Shown here: positions 30,679 through 40,893 of the stretch, in pieces | How positions within the stretch are numbered: position 1 is the first letter of the stretch | How the letters are laid out: the number at the start of each line of letters is the position of its first letter | Origin: an uncultured Clostridia bacterium | GTDB taxonomy: Bacteria; Bacillota; Clostridia; TANB77; CAG-508 | Assembly (NCBI GenBank): GCA_934177725.1 | Contig: CAKPPO010000001.1 | Span: forward strand, 70,820-134,819 | Direction of reading: 5' to 3' | Length of the DNA: 64,000 nucleotides | Notes under the pieces: model-generated | The model's database searches: none | Seen by the model: the letters and a program-made list of their open reading frames with translations, nothing else | Told to the model about the DNA's origin: nothing | Translations under genes and position numbers: made by a program

Positions 30679-33414
30679 TTGAGTAGACTAGTTGTAGTAG
30701 ATGGAAATAGTATAATGAATCGAGCATTTTATGGTATTATGGGCTCTAAAATGCTAATGACGGAAGATGGAACTTATACAAATGCAGTATATGGCTTTTT
30801 AGCAATTTTATTTAAAATAATAGAAGATTTAAATCCTGAATATTTATCAGTATCATTTGATTTAAAAGCTCCAACAGCAAGACATAAAATGTACGAAGGA
30901 TATAAAGCAAACCGCCATGGTATGCCAGACGAGTTAGCTGTGCAAATGCCTATAATTAAAGATATTCTAAGAGATATGAACATTACAATTATAGAAAAAG
31001 AAGGCTATGAGGCAGATGATGTTTTAGGTACTCTTTCAAAAAGAGCAGAAAAAGAAGGAATAAATGTAACAATTCTTTCAGGAGATAGAGACACATTCCA
31101 ATTAACTTCAGACAATATTTGTGTTAGAATTCCAAGAACAAAAATGGGAAAAACAGAAGTAGAAGATTTTGATAGAAATAAAATAAAAGAAGTTTATGGA
31201 TTAGAACCAATACAATTAATAGAAGTAAAAGGACTTCAAGGAGATGCATCAGACAATATTCCAGGGGTACCAGGAATAGGTGAAAAAACAGCTCTTTCTT
31301 TAATTCAAACTTATGGAACTATAGAAAATATATATGAAGAATTGGAAAATGGAAAAGCAGAAACAATAAAAGGCAAAACTAGAGAGAAAATGATTGAAAA
31401 TAAGGATTTGGCTTTCCTTTCAAAAACATTAGGAACAATAAATTTACAAGTTCCAATAGAAGAAAAGATAGAGGACCTAAAAGTAAAAGAGTGGAACAAC
31501 GAAAAAGTATATGAAGATTTTAAATCACTTAGATTTAATAGGTATATAGAACGTTTTAATCTAAAAGAAAATGGAGCAAAATCAAATACAACAGAAAGCA
31601 AAGAAGAAAAAATTGAAGTAACAGAGCTTGAGATTAATTCAAAAGAATGTAGTGAGCTTCTAGAAGATATAAAACAAAACAAAATGTTAATCTATTATTT
31701 TGATAAAAATGAGGACAAAACTTCAAAGAATATAATTAAAAAAAGCGTTAATGGAATAAGTATACTTTATAATGAGAAAGTATATTATATTACTATAAAC
31801 AATAAAGAAGAACTTGAAAAACTTAAGGATATTTTTGAAGATGAAAATATACAAAAAATAGGCTATAAATTAGGGGAAGATTATGTGCTTTTAAGGGAAA
31901 ACAATATAACAATGAAAAACATCTTCTTTGATATAGAAATTGCAGCTTATTTGTTAAGCCCAACAACTAATAAATATGAACTAAACAATTTAATAAATCA
32001 ATATTTAGAATTAGATGTAGAAGAATACTTACAAAAAAATGGAATAGATACTAATTCAAATAAACAAATGAATTTATTTGAAACAAATACTTTGAAAGAT
32101 GAACAAAAAGCAACTGTTCAAACAAATGCTTTTTACACATATAATATAGGAAAATTACAAGAAATATTGACTAAAGAATTAGAAAAACACAATGAAATAA
32201 ATTTATTCAAAAATATAGAAATGCCATTAGTAGAAGTATTAGCAAAAATGCAATACAATGGGATGTATTTAGATAAAGAAGAATTAATATCATTTGGAAA
32301 TGAAATAAAGCAACAATTAGAAAAACTAACAAAGGAAATATATGAACTAGCAGGAGAAGAATTTAATATAAATTCAACAATACAATTAGGAAATATTTTA
32401 TTTGAAAAGCTTAAATTAACAAGCTCAAAAAAGACTAAAAAAGGCTATTCTACAGATGTAGATGCATTAGAAAAAATAAAAGATGAACATCCTATTGTAA
32501 ATAAAATATTAGAATATAGAGGCCTTACAAAACTAAATTCTACATATGTAGAAGGAATGCTTCCATATATAAATGAAAATACAAAACGTATACACTCATT
32601 CTTCCACCAAACGGTAACAGCAACAGGCAGAATTAGCAGTACAGAACCAAATTTACAAAATATACCTACAAGAATAGAACTTGGAAAAAGATTAAGAAAA
32701 GTATTTAAACCAAGAGAAGGTTATGTTTTTATAGATGCAGACTATTCACAAATTGAATTAAGAGTATTAGCTCATATTTCACAAGATGAACATATGTTAC
32801 AGGCATTCAAAGATGGAGAAGATATACACAAACAAGCAGCATCTAAAGTACTTAATATTCCAATAGAACAGGTTACAAAAGAACAACGTTCAAGTGCAAA
32901 AGCAGTTAACTTTGGAATAGTATATGGAATATCAGATTTCGGCCTAGCACAACAACTAGGAATTTCAAGAAAAAAAGCAAAAGAATATATTGAACAATAC
33001 TTAGAAAAGTATAATGGTATAAATAAATTCATGGAAGAAGTAGTAGAAGAAGCCAAAGAAAAAGGCTATGTAGAGACTCTATTTAATAGAAGAAGATATA
33101 TACCAGAACTAAAATCTAATAATTATATGGTTCGTGAATTTGGTAAAAGAGCAGCAATGAACACACCAATTCAAGGAACTGCAGCAGATATAATGAAAAT
33201 AGCTATGGTCAACTTAAATAAAAAACTAGAAGAAGCAAACATAGATACAAATATTATATTGCAAGTACATGATGAATTAATTCTAGAAGCAAAAATAGAA
33301 TATAAAGAAAAGGCAAAAGAAATACTAAAAGAATGTATGGAAAATGCTGCTAAACTATCTGTACCATTAGTTGTAGAAGTTTCAGAAGCTACTAATTGGT
33401 ATGATTGTAAATAA
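30679..33414 (+). CDS. polA: DNA polymerase I
   Basis: TTG start after AAGGAGG. 5'-nuclease N-terminus (VVDGNSIMNRAFY). Pol motifs DYSQIELRVLAH, KAVNFGIVYG and QVHDELILE. Confidence 0.95.
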   Translation: MSRLVVVDGNSIMNRAFYGIMGSKMLMTEDGTYTNAVYGFLAILFKIIEDLNPEYLSVSFDLKAPTARHKMYEGYKANRHGMPDELAVQMPIIKDILRDMNITIIEKEGYEADDVLGTLSKRAEKEGINVTILSGDRDTFQLTSDNICVRIPRTKMGKTEVEDFDRNKIKEVYGLEPIQLIEVKGLQGDASDNIPGVPGIGEKTALSLIQTYGTIENIYEELENGKAETIKGKTREKMIENKDLAFLSKTLGTINLQVPIEEKIEDLKVKEWNNEKVYEDFKSLRFNRYIERFNLKENGAKSNTTESKEEKIEVTELEINSKECSELLEDIKQNKMLIYYFDKNEDKTSKNIIKKSVNGISILYNEKVYYITINNKEELEKLKDIFEDENIQKIGYKLGEDYVLLRENNITMKNIFFDIEIAAYLLSPTTNKYELNNLINQYLELDVEEYLQKNGIDTNSNKQMNLFETNTLKDEQKATVQTNAFYTYNIGKLQEILTKELEKHNEINLFKNIEMPLVEVLAKMQYNGMYLDKEELISFGNEIKQQLEKLTKEIYELAGEEFNINSTIQLGNILFEKLKLTSSKKTKKGYSTDVDALEKIKDEHPIVNKILEYRGLTKLNSTYVEGMLPYINENTKRIHSFFHQTVTATGRISSTEPNLQNIPTRIELGKRLRKVFKPREGYVFIDADYSQIELRVLAHISQDEHMLQAFKDGEDIHKQAASKVLNIPIEQVTKEQRSSAKAVNFGIVYGISDFGLAQQLGISRKKAKEYIEQYLEKYNGINKFMEEVVEEAKEKGYVETLFNRRRYIPELKSNNYMVREFGKRAAMNTPIQGTAADIMKIAMVNLNKKLEEANIDTNIILQVHDELILEAKIEYKEKAKEILKECMENAAKLSVPLVVEVSEATNWYDCK

Positions 33415-33417
33415 TTC

Positions 33418-33452
33418 AAAGGACATTTGGGGACGGGTCACTTTTGTCCTTT
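33418..33452. repeat. Palindromic intergenic element, copy 1 (also serves as the polA terminator hairpin)
   Basis: aaaggacatttggggacgggtcacttttgtccttt, identical over 35 nt to 49068..49102. Confidence 0.85.
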
Positions 33453-33478
33453 GAATAAAAAGTAAGGAGAGAAATAGT

Positions 33479-34051
33479 TTGACAAATTCAAAGAAAAAAT
33501 GGTTAATAATATCACTTATTATAATAGTTCTTATTTTCTTTCTTTTTGGAGCTTTAAAAGTGCAAAATATAGTACTAAAGAAAATTTATGTAAAAGATTA
33601 CGAAGAATATGTATATAAATATTCAGAAGAAAATAATATAGATCCATTTATGACATTTGCAATAATTAAAGTAGAAAGCAAATTTAATAGAAATATAAAA
33701 TCTTCAAGTGGCGCGTTAGGTTTAATGCAACTTATGGAGTCTACAGCAGTAGAAATGGCAAATCAGTTAGGAGAAGAAGTTGTAGTAAAGGAATCTTTAT
33801 ATAATCCAGAAACAAATATAAAAATAGGAACTACTTATTTTGCAACTCTTTTAAAACACTATGAAGGAAATGAACAACTTGCACTTGCGGCTTATAATGC
33901 TGGAATGGGAAATGTGGATAATTGGATTAAAGAAGGAACGCTGGAAAAAGATGGATCAAATATAGAGAATATTCCATATAAAGAAACAAATAATTACGTA
34001 AGAAAAATAATAAGAGATTATAAAATTTATAAAAGCATATATGAAAAATAA
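33479..34051 (+). CDS. Membrane-anchored lytic transglycosylase (SLT domain)
   Basis: TTG start after AAGGAGAG. N-terminal TM. VESKFN...SSSGALGLMQLM and AYNAGMGNV motifs. Confidence 0.85.
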   Translation: MTNSKKKWLIISLIIIVLIFFLFGALKVQNIVLKKIYVKDYEEYVYKYSEENNIDPFMTFAIIKVESKFNRNIKSSSGALGLMQLMESTAVEMANQLGEEVVVKESLYNPETNIKIGTTYFATLLKHYEGNEQLALAAYNAGMGNVDNWIKEGTLEKDGSNIENIPYKETNNYVRKIIRDYKIYKSIYEK

Positions 34052-34069
34052 AAGAAAAGGGGTAATAAG

Positions 34070-35086
34070 ATGTCAATATTAGTAACAGGTGGAGCAGGAT
34101 ATATAGGAAGTCACACAGTAGTAGAACTTTTAAATGAAGGAAAAGAAGTTATAATTATAGATAATTTTTCAAATAGCAAACCAAGTGTATTAGAAGCTAT
34201 AAAAAAGATTACAAATAAAGATTTTAAATTTTATGAAGTAGATTATTTAGATAGAGAAGCTTTAAAAAAAGTATTTGAAGAAAATAAAGATATAGAAGCT
34301 GTAATGAATTTTGCTGGTTATAAAGCAGTAGGTGAATCTGTAAAGAAACCAATAGAATATTATACAAATAATATATCAGGAGCACTTGTATTATTACACA
34401 CAATGAAGAAATATAACGTAAAGAAATTTGTATTTAGTTCTTCAGCAACAGTTTATGGAGAACCAGAAAAAATACCTCTTACAGAAGATTGTAAAATAGG
34501 TGGAACTACAAATCCATATGGGACAACAAAGCTATTTATAGAACAAATATTAAAGGATATATATGCTTCAGACAATTCATGGGACATTGCAATATTAAGA
34601 TATTTTAATCCGGTAGGAGCACATGAAAGTGGATTAATAGGAGAAGAGCCACAAGGAATACCAAATAATCTAATGCCTTATGTAGTTAGAGTAGCAGCAG
34701 GAATATTACCAGAACTATCAGTGTTTGGAAATGATTACAATACGCCAGATGGAACAGGAGTAAGAGATTATATACATGTTGTAGACTTAGCAAAAGGACA
34801 TATAAAAGCTCTAGAAAAATTAGATAAAGAAAAACAAGGATTATTTATATATAATTTAGGAACAGGAATAGGCTATAGTGTATTAGATATGGTAAAGGCA
34901 TTTGAAAAATCAACTGGTAAAAATGTAAAATATAAAATAGCTCCAAGAAGAGAAGGAGATATTGCAACATGTTATTCAAGTCCTAAAAAAGCTAAAGAAG
35001 AGTTAAATTGGGAAGCAAAAAGAAATTTAGAACAAATGTGTAAAGACTCATGGAACTATATAGAAAAACAAAATACAAATAATTAA
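34070..35086 (+). CDS. galE: UDP-glucose 4-epimerase
   Basis: [21 protein letters not shown] and YGTTKLFIE (YxxxK) motifs. 338 aa. Confidence 0.93.
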   Translation: MSILVTGGAGYIGSHTVVELLNEGKEVIIIDNFSNSKPSVLEAIKKITNKDFKFYEVDYLDREALKKVFEENKDIEAVMNFAGYKAVGESVKKPIEYYTNNISGALVLLHTMKKYNVKKFVFSSSATVYGEPEKIPLTEDCKIGGTTNPYGTTKLFIEQILKDIYASDNSWDIAILRYFNPVGAHESGLIGEEPQGIPNNLMPYVVRVAAGILPELSVFGNDYNTPDGTGVRDYIHVVDLAKGHIKALEKLDKEKQGLFIYNLGTGIGYSVLDMVKAFEKSTGKNVKYKIAPRREGDIATCYSSPKKAKEELNWEAKRNLEQMCKDSWNYIEKQNTNN

Positions 35087-35206
35087 AATTATGATAAACA
35101 CAATAAAAAGTAACCATAATACTTATACAAATAAAATTAGTTTTCATAAAAAATAACCTAAAAAATATTTACAAAAAATACAAGCTCGAAAACCATTGAT
35201 ATTAGG

Positions 35207-35236
35207 TTATCAACAGAGTTATCCACAATATCCACA
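35207..35236 (+). promoter_or_regulatory. Three tandem, same-orientation DnaA-box-like 9-mers
   Basis: TTATCAACA (35207-35215), TTATCCACA (35219-35227, perfect consensus) and ATATCCACA (35228-35236). Confidence 0.5.
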
Positions 35237-35248
35237 TATATTATTTTC

Positions 35249-35432
35249 TGTAATTGTATTACAAAAATAAGTAACATAATGCAAAATAAAGAAACAAAAA
35301 TGAAATATTTATGTAACATTTATTGTAAAAATAACTATTTTTGTAACATAATTGTAATATAAAAACAAAAATACTAAAAATATGACAAAAAATATATTAT
35401 GAAATATTGTAACATAGTAATATTTCTGTAAC
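35249..35432 (+). repeat. Cluster of direct TGTAAY hexamer repeats in AT-rich non-coding DNA
   Basis: TGTAAT 35249 (part of the palindrome TGTAAT-tgt-ATTACA), AGTAAC 35270, TGTAAC 35312 + TGTAAA 35324, TGTAAC 35342 + TGTAAT 35353 (exact TGTWAH-N5-TGTWAH), TGTAAC 35408 and TGTAAC 35427. Confidence 0.45.
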
Positions 35433-35443
35433 AGATTATGAAA

Positions 35444-35482
35444 CAAAAGGGACGTTTTATAATGTGTCATCTGTCCCTTTTG
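35444..35482. repeat. Palindromic element of the caaaagggac-N19-gtcccttttg type
   Basis: 10-bp inverted repeat with a 19-nt loop that begins gttt and ends atct. The architecture matches 49814..49862. Confidence 0.65.
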
Positions 35483-35514
35483 CTTCATAGAATAAATAAA
35501 AATTATAAAAATTA

Positions 35515-35543
35515 TTGACTTTATTAAATCAAATTGTTAAAAT
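35515..35543 (+). promoter_or_regulatory. Sigma-A-type promoter of the glyQS T-box leader
   Basis: TTGACT, 17-nt spacer, TAAAAT. Confidence 0.6.
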
Positions 35544-35549
35544 AGATAA

Positions 35550-35765
35550 AGAAAATATTAGTGCGATGAAAAAGAAAAAACATTTTTAATATTTAAAGAG
35601 AGTTAACGTTTGGTGAAAGTTAATAATAAAGAAAATGTGGGGAGCTTTGGAGCATATTAAAATAAAGTGGATAAATATAAAATATTTATCAATTAGGGTG
35701 GAACCGCGGAAATTAAACTTTCGTCCCTAGCTATTGCAAAAGCTAGGAATGAAAGTTTTTTATAT
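35550..35765 (+). promoter_or_regulatory. T-box riboswitch leader (presumed glycine-specific)
   Basis: Stem I elements (gcgatga, aaagagag, ggtgaaag). Conserved T-box sequence aattagggtggaaccgcgg at 35691-35709. Terminator aaactttcgtccctagc / gctaggaatgaaagttt plus T-run. Lies directly upstream of glyQS. Confidence 0.85.
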
Positions 35766-35851
35766 TCTAGGAAAGTTTGATAACTTTCTGTAGAATATAA
35801 ATATGACAGAAATTAGATTTTGTTATATAAAAAATAAAGGAGGAAAATAAA

Positions 35852-37240
35852 ATGAGTGAATTAACAATGGACAAAATAGTAGCATTATGCAAAAACAGAG
35901 GGTTTGTATATCCTGGTTCAGAAATTTATGGAGGTTTAGCAAATTCTTGGGACTATGGTCCACTAGGTGCAGAACTTAAAAAAAATATTAAAGATGCGTG
36001 GTGGAAAAAATTTATAATTCAAAATAAACACAATGTAGGAATTGATGCAGCAATTATGATGAATCCACAAGTATGGGTTACAACAGGTCATGTTGGAGGA
36101 TTTTCAGACCCACTAATAGATTGTAAAGCTTGCAAAACAAGACATAGAGCTGATAAATTAATAGAAGAATGGGGATTTGCACAAGGAAAAGATATCTCTG
36201 GACTTGATGGATGGACAAATGAACAATTAGTTGATTATATTAAAGAAAACAATATTCCATGCCCTAATTGTGGAAAACAAGATTTTACAGATATAAGAAA
36301 ATTCAATTTAATGTTTAAAACATTTATGGGAGTTACTGAAGATGCAAAATCTGAAGTGTATTTGAGACCAGAAACAGCTCAAGGTATGTTCGTAGACTTT
36401 AAAAATGTATTAAGAACAACAAGAAGAAGAATGCCAATGGGAATTGGACAAATGGGACGTTCTTTTAGAAACGAAATAACACCAGGAAACTTTATATTCA
36501 GAACAAGAGAATTTGAACAAATGGAACTTGAATTTTTCTGCAAACCAGGAACAGATTTAGAATGGTATGAATATTGGAAAAACTTCTGCAAAAACTGGCT
36601 TGTAAGCTTAGGGATGAAAGAAGAAAACTTACGTATGAGAGAACACTCTAAAGAAGAATTATCATTCTATAGTAAAGGAACAACTGACATAGAATTCTTA
36701 TTCCCATTTGGATGGGGAGAATTATGGGGAATAGCAGATAGAACAGATTATGACCTATCAAGACATATGGAAGCTTCTAAAGAAGATTTAACATATTTAG
36801 ACCCAGAAACAAATGAAAGATATGTACCATATTGCGTAGAACCAGCAGTTGGTGTAGATAGAATATTCTTAGCAATGATGTGTAACGCATATGAAGAGCA
36901 AGAAATATCAGAAGGAGATACAAGAACAGTACTTCACTTACATCCAGCGTTAGCACCATATAAAGTTGCAGTACTTCCACTTTCTAAAAAATTAAGTGAA
37001 AAAGCAGACGAAGTGTATACAAAACTATCAAAGAAATTTATGTGCGATTATGACGAAGCAGGTTCAATAGGAAAACGTTATAGAAGAGAAGACGAAATAG
37101 GAACACCATATTGTGTAACAATAGATTTTGATACTCTAGAAGATGAATCTGTAACAATTCGTGATAGGGACACAATGGAACAAGTAAGAGTAAAAATAGA
37201 TGAACTACCAACTTGGTTAGAAGGTAAAATGGAGTTTTAA
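35852..37240 (+). CDS. glyQS: Glycine-tRNA ligase (single-chain, class II)
   Basis: [23 protein letters not shown]...[30 protein letters not shown] and GVDRIFLA motifs. Confidence 0.95.
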   Translation: MSELTMDKIVALCKNRGFVYPGSEIYGGLANSWDYGPLGAELKKNIKDAWWKKFIIQNKHNVGIDAAIMMNPQVWVTTGHVGGFSDPLIDCKACKTRHRADKLIEEWGFAQGKDISGLDGWTNEQLVDYIKENNIPCPNCGKQDFTDIRKFNLMFKTFMGVTEDAKSEVYLRPETAQGMFVDFKNVLRTTRRRMPMGIGQMGRSFRNEITPGNFIFRTREFEQMELEFFCKPGTDLEWYEYWKNFCKNWLVSLGMKEENLRMREHSKEELSFYSKGTTDIEFLFPFGWGELWGIADRTDYDLSRHMEASKEDLTYLDPETNERYVPYCVEPAVGVDRIFLAMMCNAYEEQEISEGDTRTVLHLHPALAPYKVAVLPLSKKLSEKADEVYTKLSKKFMCDYDEAGSIGKRYRREDEIGTPYCVTIDFDTLEDESVTIRDRDTMEQVRVKIDELPTWLEGKMEF

Positions 37241-37254
37241 ATAATTTTATGAAC

Positions 37255-37290
37255 AAAGGGTAATTTCAATTTGAAATTACCCTTTCGCTT
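37255..37290 (+). terminator. Rho-independent terminator after glyQS
   Basis: 14-bp stem aaagggtaatttca / tgaaattacccttt. Confidence 0.8.
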
Positions 37291-37409
37291 TACTCTCCTA
37301 AACTATCAATTAAAAGATTTAAATGATAATTTTGGAGTTTTGACAAAGAATCATTGCTGGTTTTGTAAAATAAAGTAAACAAAAACATTAAAAAAATTCC
37401 CAAAAACCC

Positions 37410-37438
37410 TTTACAATTAAGCAATTTATGTATATAAT
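37410..37438 (+). promoter_or_regulatory. Sigma-A-type promoter of ppdK
   Basis: TTTACA, 17-nt spacer, TATAAT. Lies ~100 nt upstream of ATG 37538. Confidence 0.6.
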
Positions 37439-37537
37439 AAGTTCGTTCTGGGGAAAGTATTCTAGGACAAACAGAAAGTAAAAGTTTTAACAAATTTTAT
37501 ATAGTTAAGACAGTATAGAAAACAAGGAGGTTTTTTT

Positions 37538-40174
37538 ATGAGTCAAAAGTATGTATATCTTTTTAGCGAAGGAAATGCAGACATGCGTGAACTTTTAGGA
37601 GGTAAAGGAGCTAACTTAGCTGAAATGACTAATTTAGGTTTACCAGTTCCTCAAGGTTTCACAATCACTACTGAAGCATGTACAAAGTACTATGAAGATG
37701 GTAGAGAAATTAATGAAGAAATTCAAAAACAAATCAATGAGTACATTGGTAAAATGGAAGAAATTACAGGAAAGAAATTTGGAGATAAAGAAAATCCATT
37801 ATTAGTTTCTGTAAGATCAGGTGCTAGAGCATCAATGCCTGGTATGATGGATACAATTTTAAACTTAGGTTTAAACGAAGACGTTGTTAATGTAATAGCA
37901 GAAAAATCAAACAATCCACGTTGGGCATGGGATTGCTACCGTAGATTTATTCAAATGTATTCAGATGTTGTTATGGAAGTTGGTAAAAAATACTTTGAAC
38001 AACTTATTGACGAAATGAAAGCTAAGAAAGGTGTTAAACAAGATATAGAACTTGATGCTAATGATTTAAAAGAATTAGCAAACCAATTCAAAGCAGAATA
38101 TAAATCAAAAATAGGACAAGATTTCCCAAGTGATCCAAAAGAACAATTAATGGGAGCTGTAAAAGCTGTATTTAGATCATGGGATAACCCACGTGCTAAT
38201 GTTTATAGAAGAGATAACGATATTCCTTATTCTTGGGGAACAGCTGTTAACGTTCAATCTATGGCATTTGGTAATATGGGAGATGACTGTGGTACTGGTG
38301 TTGCATTTACTCGTGACCCAGCTACAGGAGAAAAAGGACTATTTGGAGAATTCTTAACAAATGCACAAGGTGAAGACGTTGTTGCTGGTGTTCGTACACC
38401 TATGAAAATTACAGAAATGGCTAACAAATTCCCAGAAGCATTCGAAGAATTCAAAAAAGTATGCCAAACACTTGAAAATCACTATCGTGATATGCAAGAT
38501 ATGGAATTTACTGTTGAACATGGTAAATTATACATGTTACAAACAAGAAATGGTAAAAGAACAGCTCAAGCTGCTTTAAAAATAGCTTGTGATTTAGTTG
38601 ACGAAGGAATGCGTACAGAACAAGAAGCTGTATTAATGATAGATCCTCGTAACTTAGATACATTATTACACCCACAATTTGATACAAAAGCTTTAAAAGA
38701 AGCTCAAGTTGCTGGAAGAGGTTTAGGTGCTTCTCCTGGAGCTGCTTGTGGTAAAATAGTATTCACAGCTGAAGATGCTGAAGTTCAAGGTGTCGGTGGA
38801 AAAGGTGAAAAAGTTGTATTAGTAAGACTTGAAACATCACCAGAAGATATTACAGGTATGAAAGCTGCACAAGGTATCTTAACAGTACGTGGTGGTATGA
38901 CATCACACGCTGCAGTTGTTGCTCGTGGTATGGGTACATGTTGCGTTTCAGGATGTGGAGACATTATAATGGATGAAGAAAATAAACAATTCACATTAGC
39001 TGGAAAAACATATCATGAAGGAGATGTAATCTCAATAGATGGAACAACAGGAAATATCTATGACGGAGCAATTCCAACAGTTGATGCAACAATCGCTGGT
39101 GAATTTGGTCGTGTTATGGAATGGGCAGACAAATATAGAAAATTAGGTGTTAGAACTAACGCTGATACTCCAAGAGATACTAAAAAAGCTATCGAATTAG
39201 GAGCTGAAGGTATTGGATTATGTAGAACAGAGCATATGTTCTTTGAAGAAGAAAGAATCTTTGCTATTAGAAAAATGATATTAGCTGAAACAGTTGAAGA
39301 AAGAGAAAAAGCATTAGCTTTATTAATTCCTTTCCAAAAAGGTGACTTCAAAGCTATGTACAAAGAATTAAAAGGATTACCAATGACAGTACGTTATTTA
39401 GATCCACCTCTACATGAATTCTTACCAAAAGAAGAAGCTGATATTGCAGCATTAGCTAAAGATATGGGTGTTACTGTAGAACACTTAACTGCTAAATGTG
39501 CTGAATTACATGAATTTAACCCAATGATGGGTCACAGAGGATGCCGTTTAGCTGTAACTTATCCAGAAATAGCTAAAATGCAAACTAGAGCATTAATGGA
39601 AGCTGCTATTGAAGTAAAAGCAGAAGATGGATACGATATAGTTCCTGAAATAATGATTCCATTAGTTGGAGAAGTAAAAGAATTAAAATTTGTTAAAGAT
39701 ATAGTTGTTGAAACAGCTGAATTAGTTAAGAAAGAAAAAGGTTCTGATATGGAATACCATATTGGTACAATGATTGAAATACCAAGAGCAGCATTAACAG
39801 CTGATCAAATTGCTAAAGAAGCTGAATTCTTCTCATTTGGAACAAATGACTTAACACAAATGACATTTGGTTTCTCAAGAGATGATGCTGGTAAATTCTT
39901 AGGAGCTTACTATGCAAACAAAATTTATGAACAAGATCCATTTGCAAGACTTGATCAAACAGGTGTTGGACAATTGGTAAAAATGGCTGCTGAAAAAGGA
40001 AAATCAGTAAGACCAAATATTAAATTAGGAATTTGTGGAGAACATGGTGGAGATCCATCAAGTGTAGAATTCTGCCATAATGTTGGATTAACATATGTAT
40101 CATGCTCACCATTTAGAGTTCCAATCGCAAGATTAGCTGCTGCACAAGCTGCAATAAAAAATCCTAATAGATAG
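37538..40174 (+). CDS. ppdK: Pyruvate, phosphate dikinase
   Basis: 878 aa. LLGGKGANLAEM ATP-grasp N-terminus, phosphohistidine loop GGMTSHAAVVARG, and PEP-utilising C-terminus FFSFGTNDLTQ. Confidence 0.96.
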   Translation: MSQKYVYLFSEGNADMRELLGGKGANLAEMTNLGLPVPQGFTITTEACTKYYEDGREINEEIQKQINEYIGKMEEITGKKFGDKENPLLVSVRSGARASMPGMMDTILNLGLNEDVVNVIAEKSNNPRWAWDCYRRFIQMYSDVVMEVGKKYFEQLIDEMKAKKGVKQDIELDANDLKELANQFKAEYKSKIGQDFPSDPKEQLMGAVKAVFRSWDNPRANVYRRDNDIPYSWGTAVNVQSMAFGNMGDDCGTGVAFTRDPATGEKGLFGEFLTNAQGEDVVAGVRTPMKITEMANKFPEAFEEFKKVCQTLENHYRDMQDMEFTVEHGKLYMLQTRNGKRTAQAALKIACDLVDEGMRTEQEAVLMIDPRNLDTLLHPQFDTKALKEAQVAGRGLGASPGAACGKIVFTAEDAEVQGVGGKGEKVVLVRLETSPEDITGMKAAQGILTVRGGMTSHAAVVARGMGTCCVSGCGDIIMDEENKQFTLAGKTYHEGDVISIDGTTGNIYDGAIPTVDATIAGEFGRVMEWADKYRKLGVRTNADTPRDTKKAIELGAEGIGLCRTEHMFFEEERIFAIRKMILAETVEEREKALALLIPFQKGDFKAMYKELKGLPMTVRYLDPPLHEFLPKEEADIAALAKDMGVTVEHLTAKCAELHEFNPMMGHRGCRLAVTYPEIAKMQTRALMEAAIEVKAEDGYDIVPEIMIPLVGEVKELKFVKDIVVETAELVKKEKGSDMEYHIGTMIEIPRAALTADQIAKEAEFFSFGTNDLTQMTFGFSRDDAGKFLGAYYANKIYEQDPFARLDQTGVGQLVKMAAEKGKSVRPNIKLGICGEHGGDPSSVEFCHNVGLTYVSCSPFRVPIARLAAAQAAIKNPNR

Positions 40175-40190
40175 GAATTAAATAGAAATA

Positions 40191-40224
40191 AAAATCGCTT
40201 ACTTTAAAGTAGGCGATTTTTTTG
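40191..40224 (+). terminator. Rho-independent terminator after ppdK
   Basis: aaaatcgcttact / agtaggcgatttt stem followed by a T-run. Confidence 0.8.
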
Positions 40225-40320
40225 TTACTTTAAATTTTTAAGACCGTCTCTAAAATTCAATTCTTGACAAAAGAGAGAAATGTTATATAATAAAAAGGCA
40301 ATAGATAAGGGGAGATAGAA

Positions 40321-40893
40321 GTGATATTAATAAATGCAGTAAAACATTTTGGAACAATAACAAAACATAAATGGATAGTATTTAAACTATGTTGTAAGGC
40401 AGGAGAACCATGGAGAGGATTTATGCATGATTGGTCAAAATATAGTCCAACAGAATTTTGGGAGTCAGCCAAATATTACACAGGTAAATTTAGCCCGATA
40501 CATGCATGTAGAAAAATAAATGGATATTCAGAAGCATGGCTTCATCATAAAGGTAGAAATAAACATCATCACGAATACTGGTATGACTATGCAACTGAAG
40601 AAAAGACTCCGGTAATGCCATATAAATATGCAGTAGAAATGATATGTGATAACCTAGCAGCAGGAAAAGTTTACAATGGAAAGAAATGGACCAATAGTAC
40701 ACAATTAGAATATTGGACAAAAGTAGAAAGTAAAAAGAGAGTAAATCCAAAAATAAATAAATTTGCAAAAACAATATTTAAACAAGTCAGTGAACAAGGA
40801 ATAAATCCAGTTATAAAAAAGAAAAACTTAAAAAAAGTTTATAATGAAATTATATTTAGCAAGGAAAAGGAAACTGAACAAAAATTGAATTAG
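40321..40893 (+). CDS. Conserved hypothetical His-rich protein (possibly DUF5662-like)
   Basis: GTG start after AAGGGGAG. Motifs HDWSKY and WLHHKGRNKHHHEYW suggest metal binding. No function is assignable. Confidence 0.5.
   Translation: MILINAVKHFGTITKHKWIVFKLCCKAGEPWRGFMHDWSKYSPTEFWESAKYYTGKFSPIHACRKINGYSEAWLHHKGRNKHHHEYWYDYATEEKTPVMPYKYAVEMICDNLAAGKVYNGKKWTNSTQLEYWTKVESKKRVNPKINKFAKTIFKQVSEQGINPVIKKKNLKKVYNEIIFSKEKETEQKLN

Noticed and set aside
35300-35362. A 20-aa Cys-rich mini-ORF (MKYLCNIYCKNNYFCNIIVI) that could be taken for a second small peptide gene.
   Set aside because: There is no Shine-Dalgarno sequence upstream. The Cys-Asn codons are simply the TGTAAC DNA repeats read in frame, so the repeats are better explained as DNA-level sites.
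35087-35851. Possibility that the DnaA-box cluster plus AT-rich repeats is the chromosomal origin (oriC).
   Set aside because: There is no dnaA, dnaN or rpmH nearby. There are only three boxes. Genes on both sides keep the same orientation, so there is no leading-strand switch. A secondary DnaA-box cluster or a regulatory site is more plausible.
37290-37493. A 67-aa minus-strand ORF in the glyQS-ppdK intergenic region.
   Set aside because: It has no RBS. It overlaps the good ppdK promoter (TTTACA-17-TATAAT) and leader, and its translation is low-complexity.
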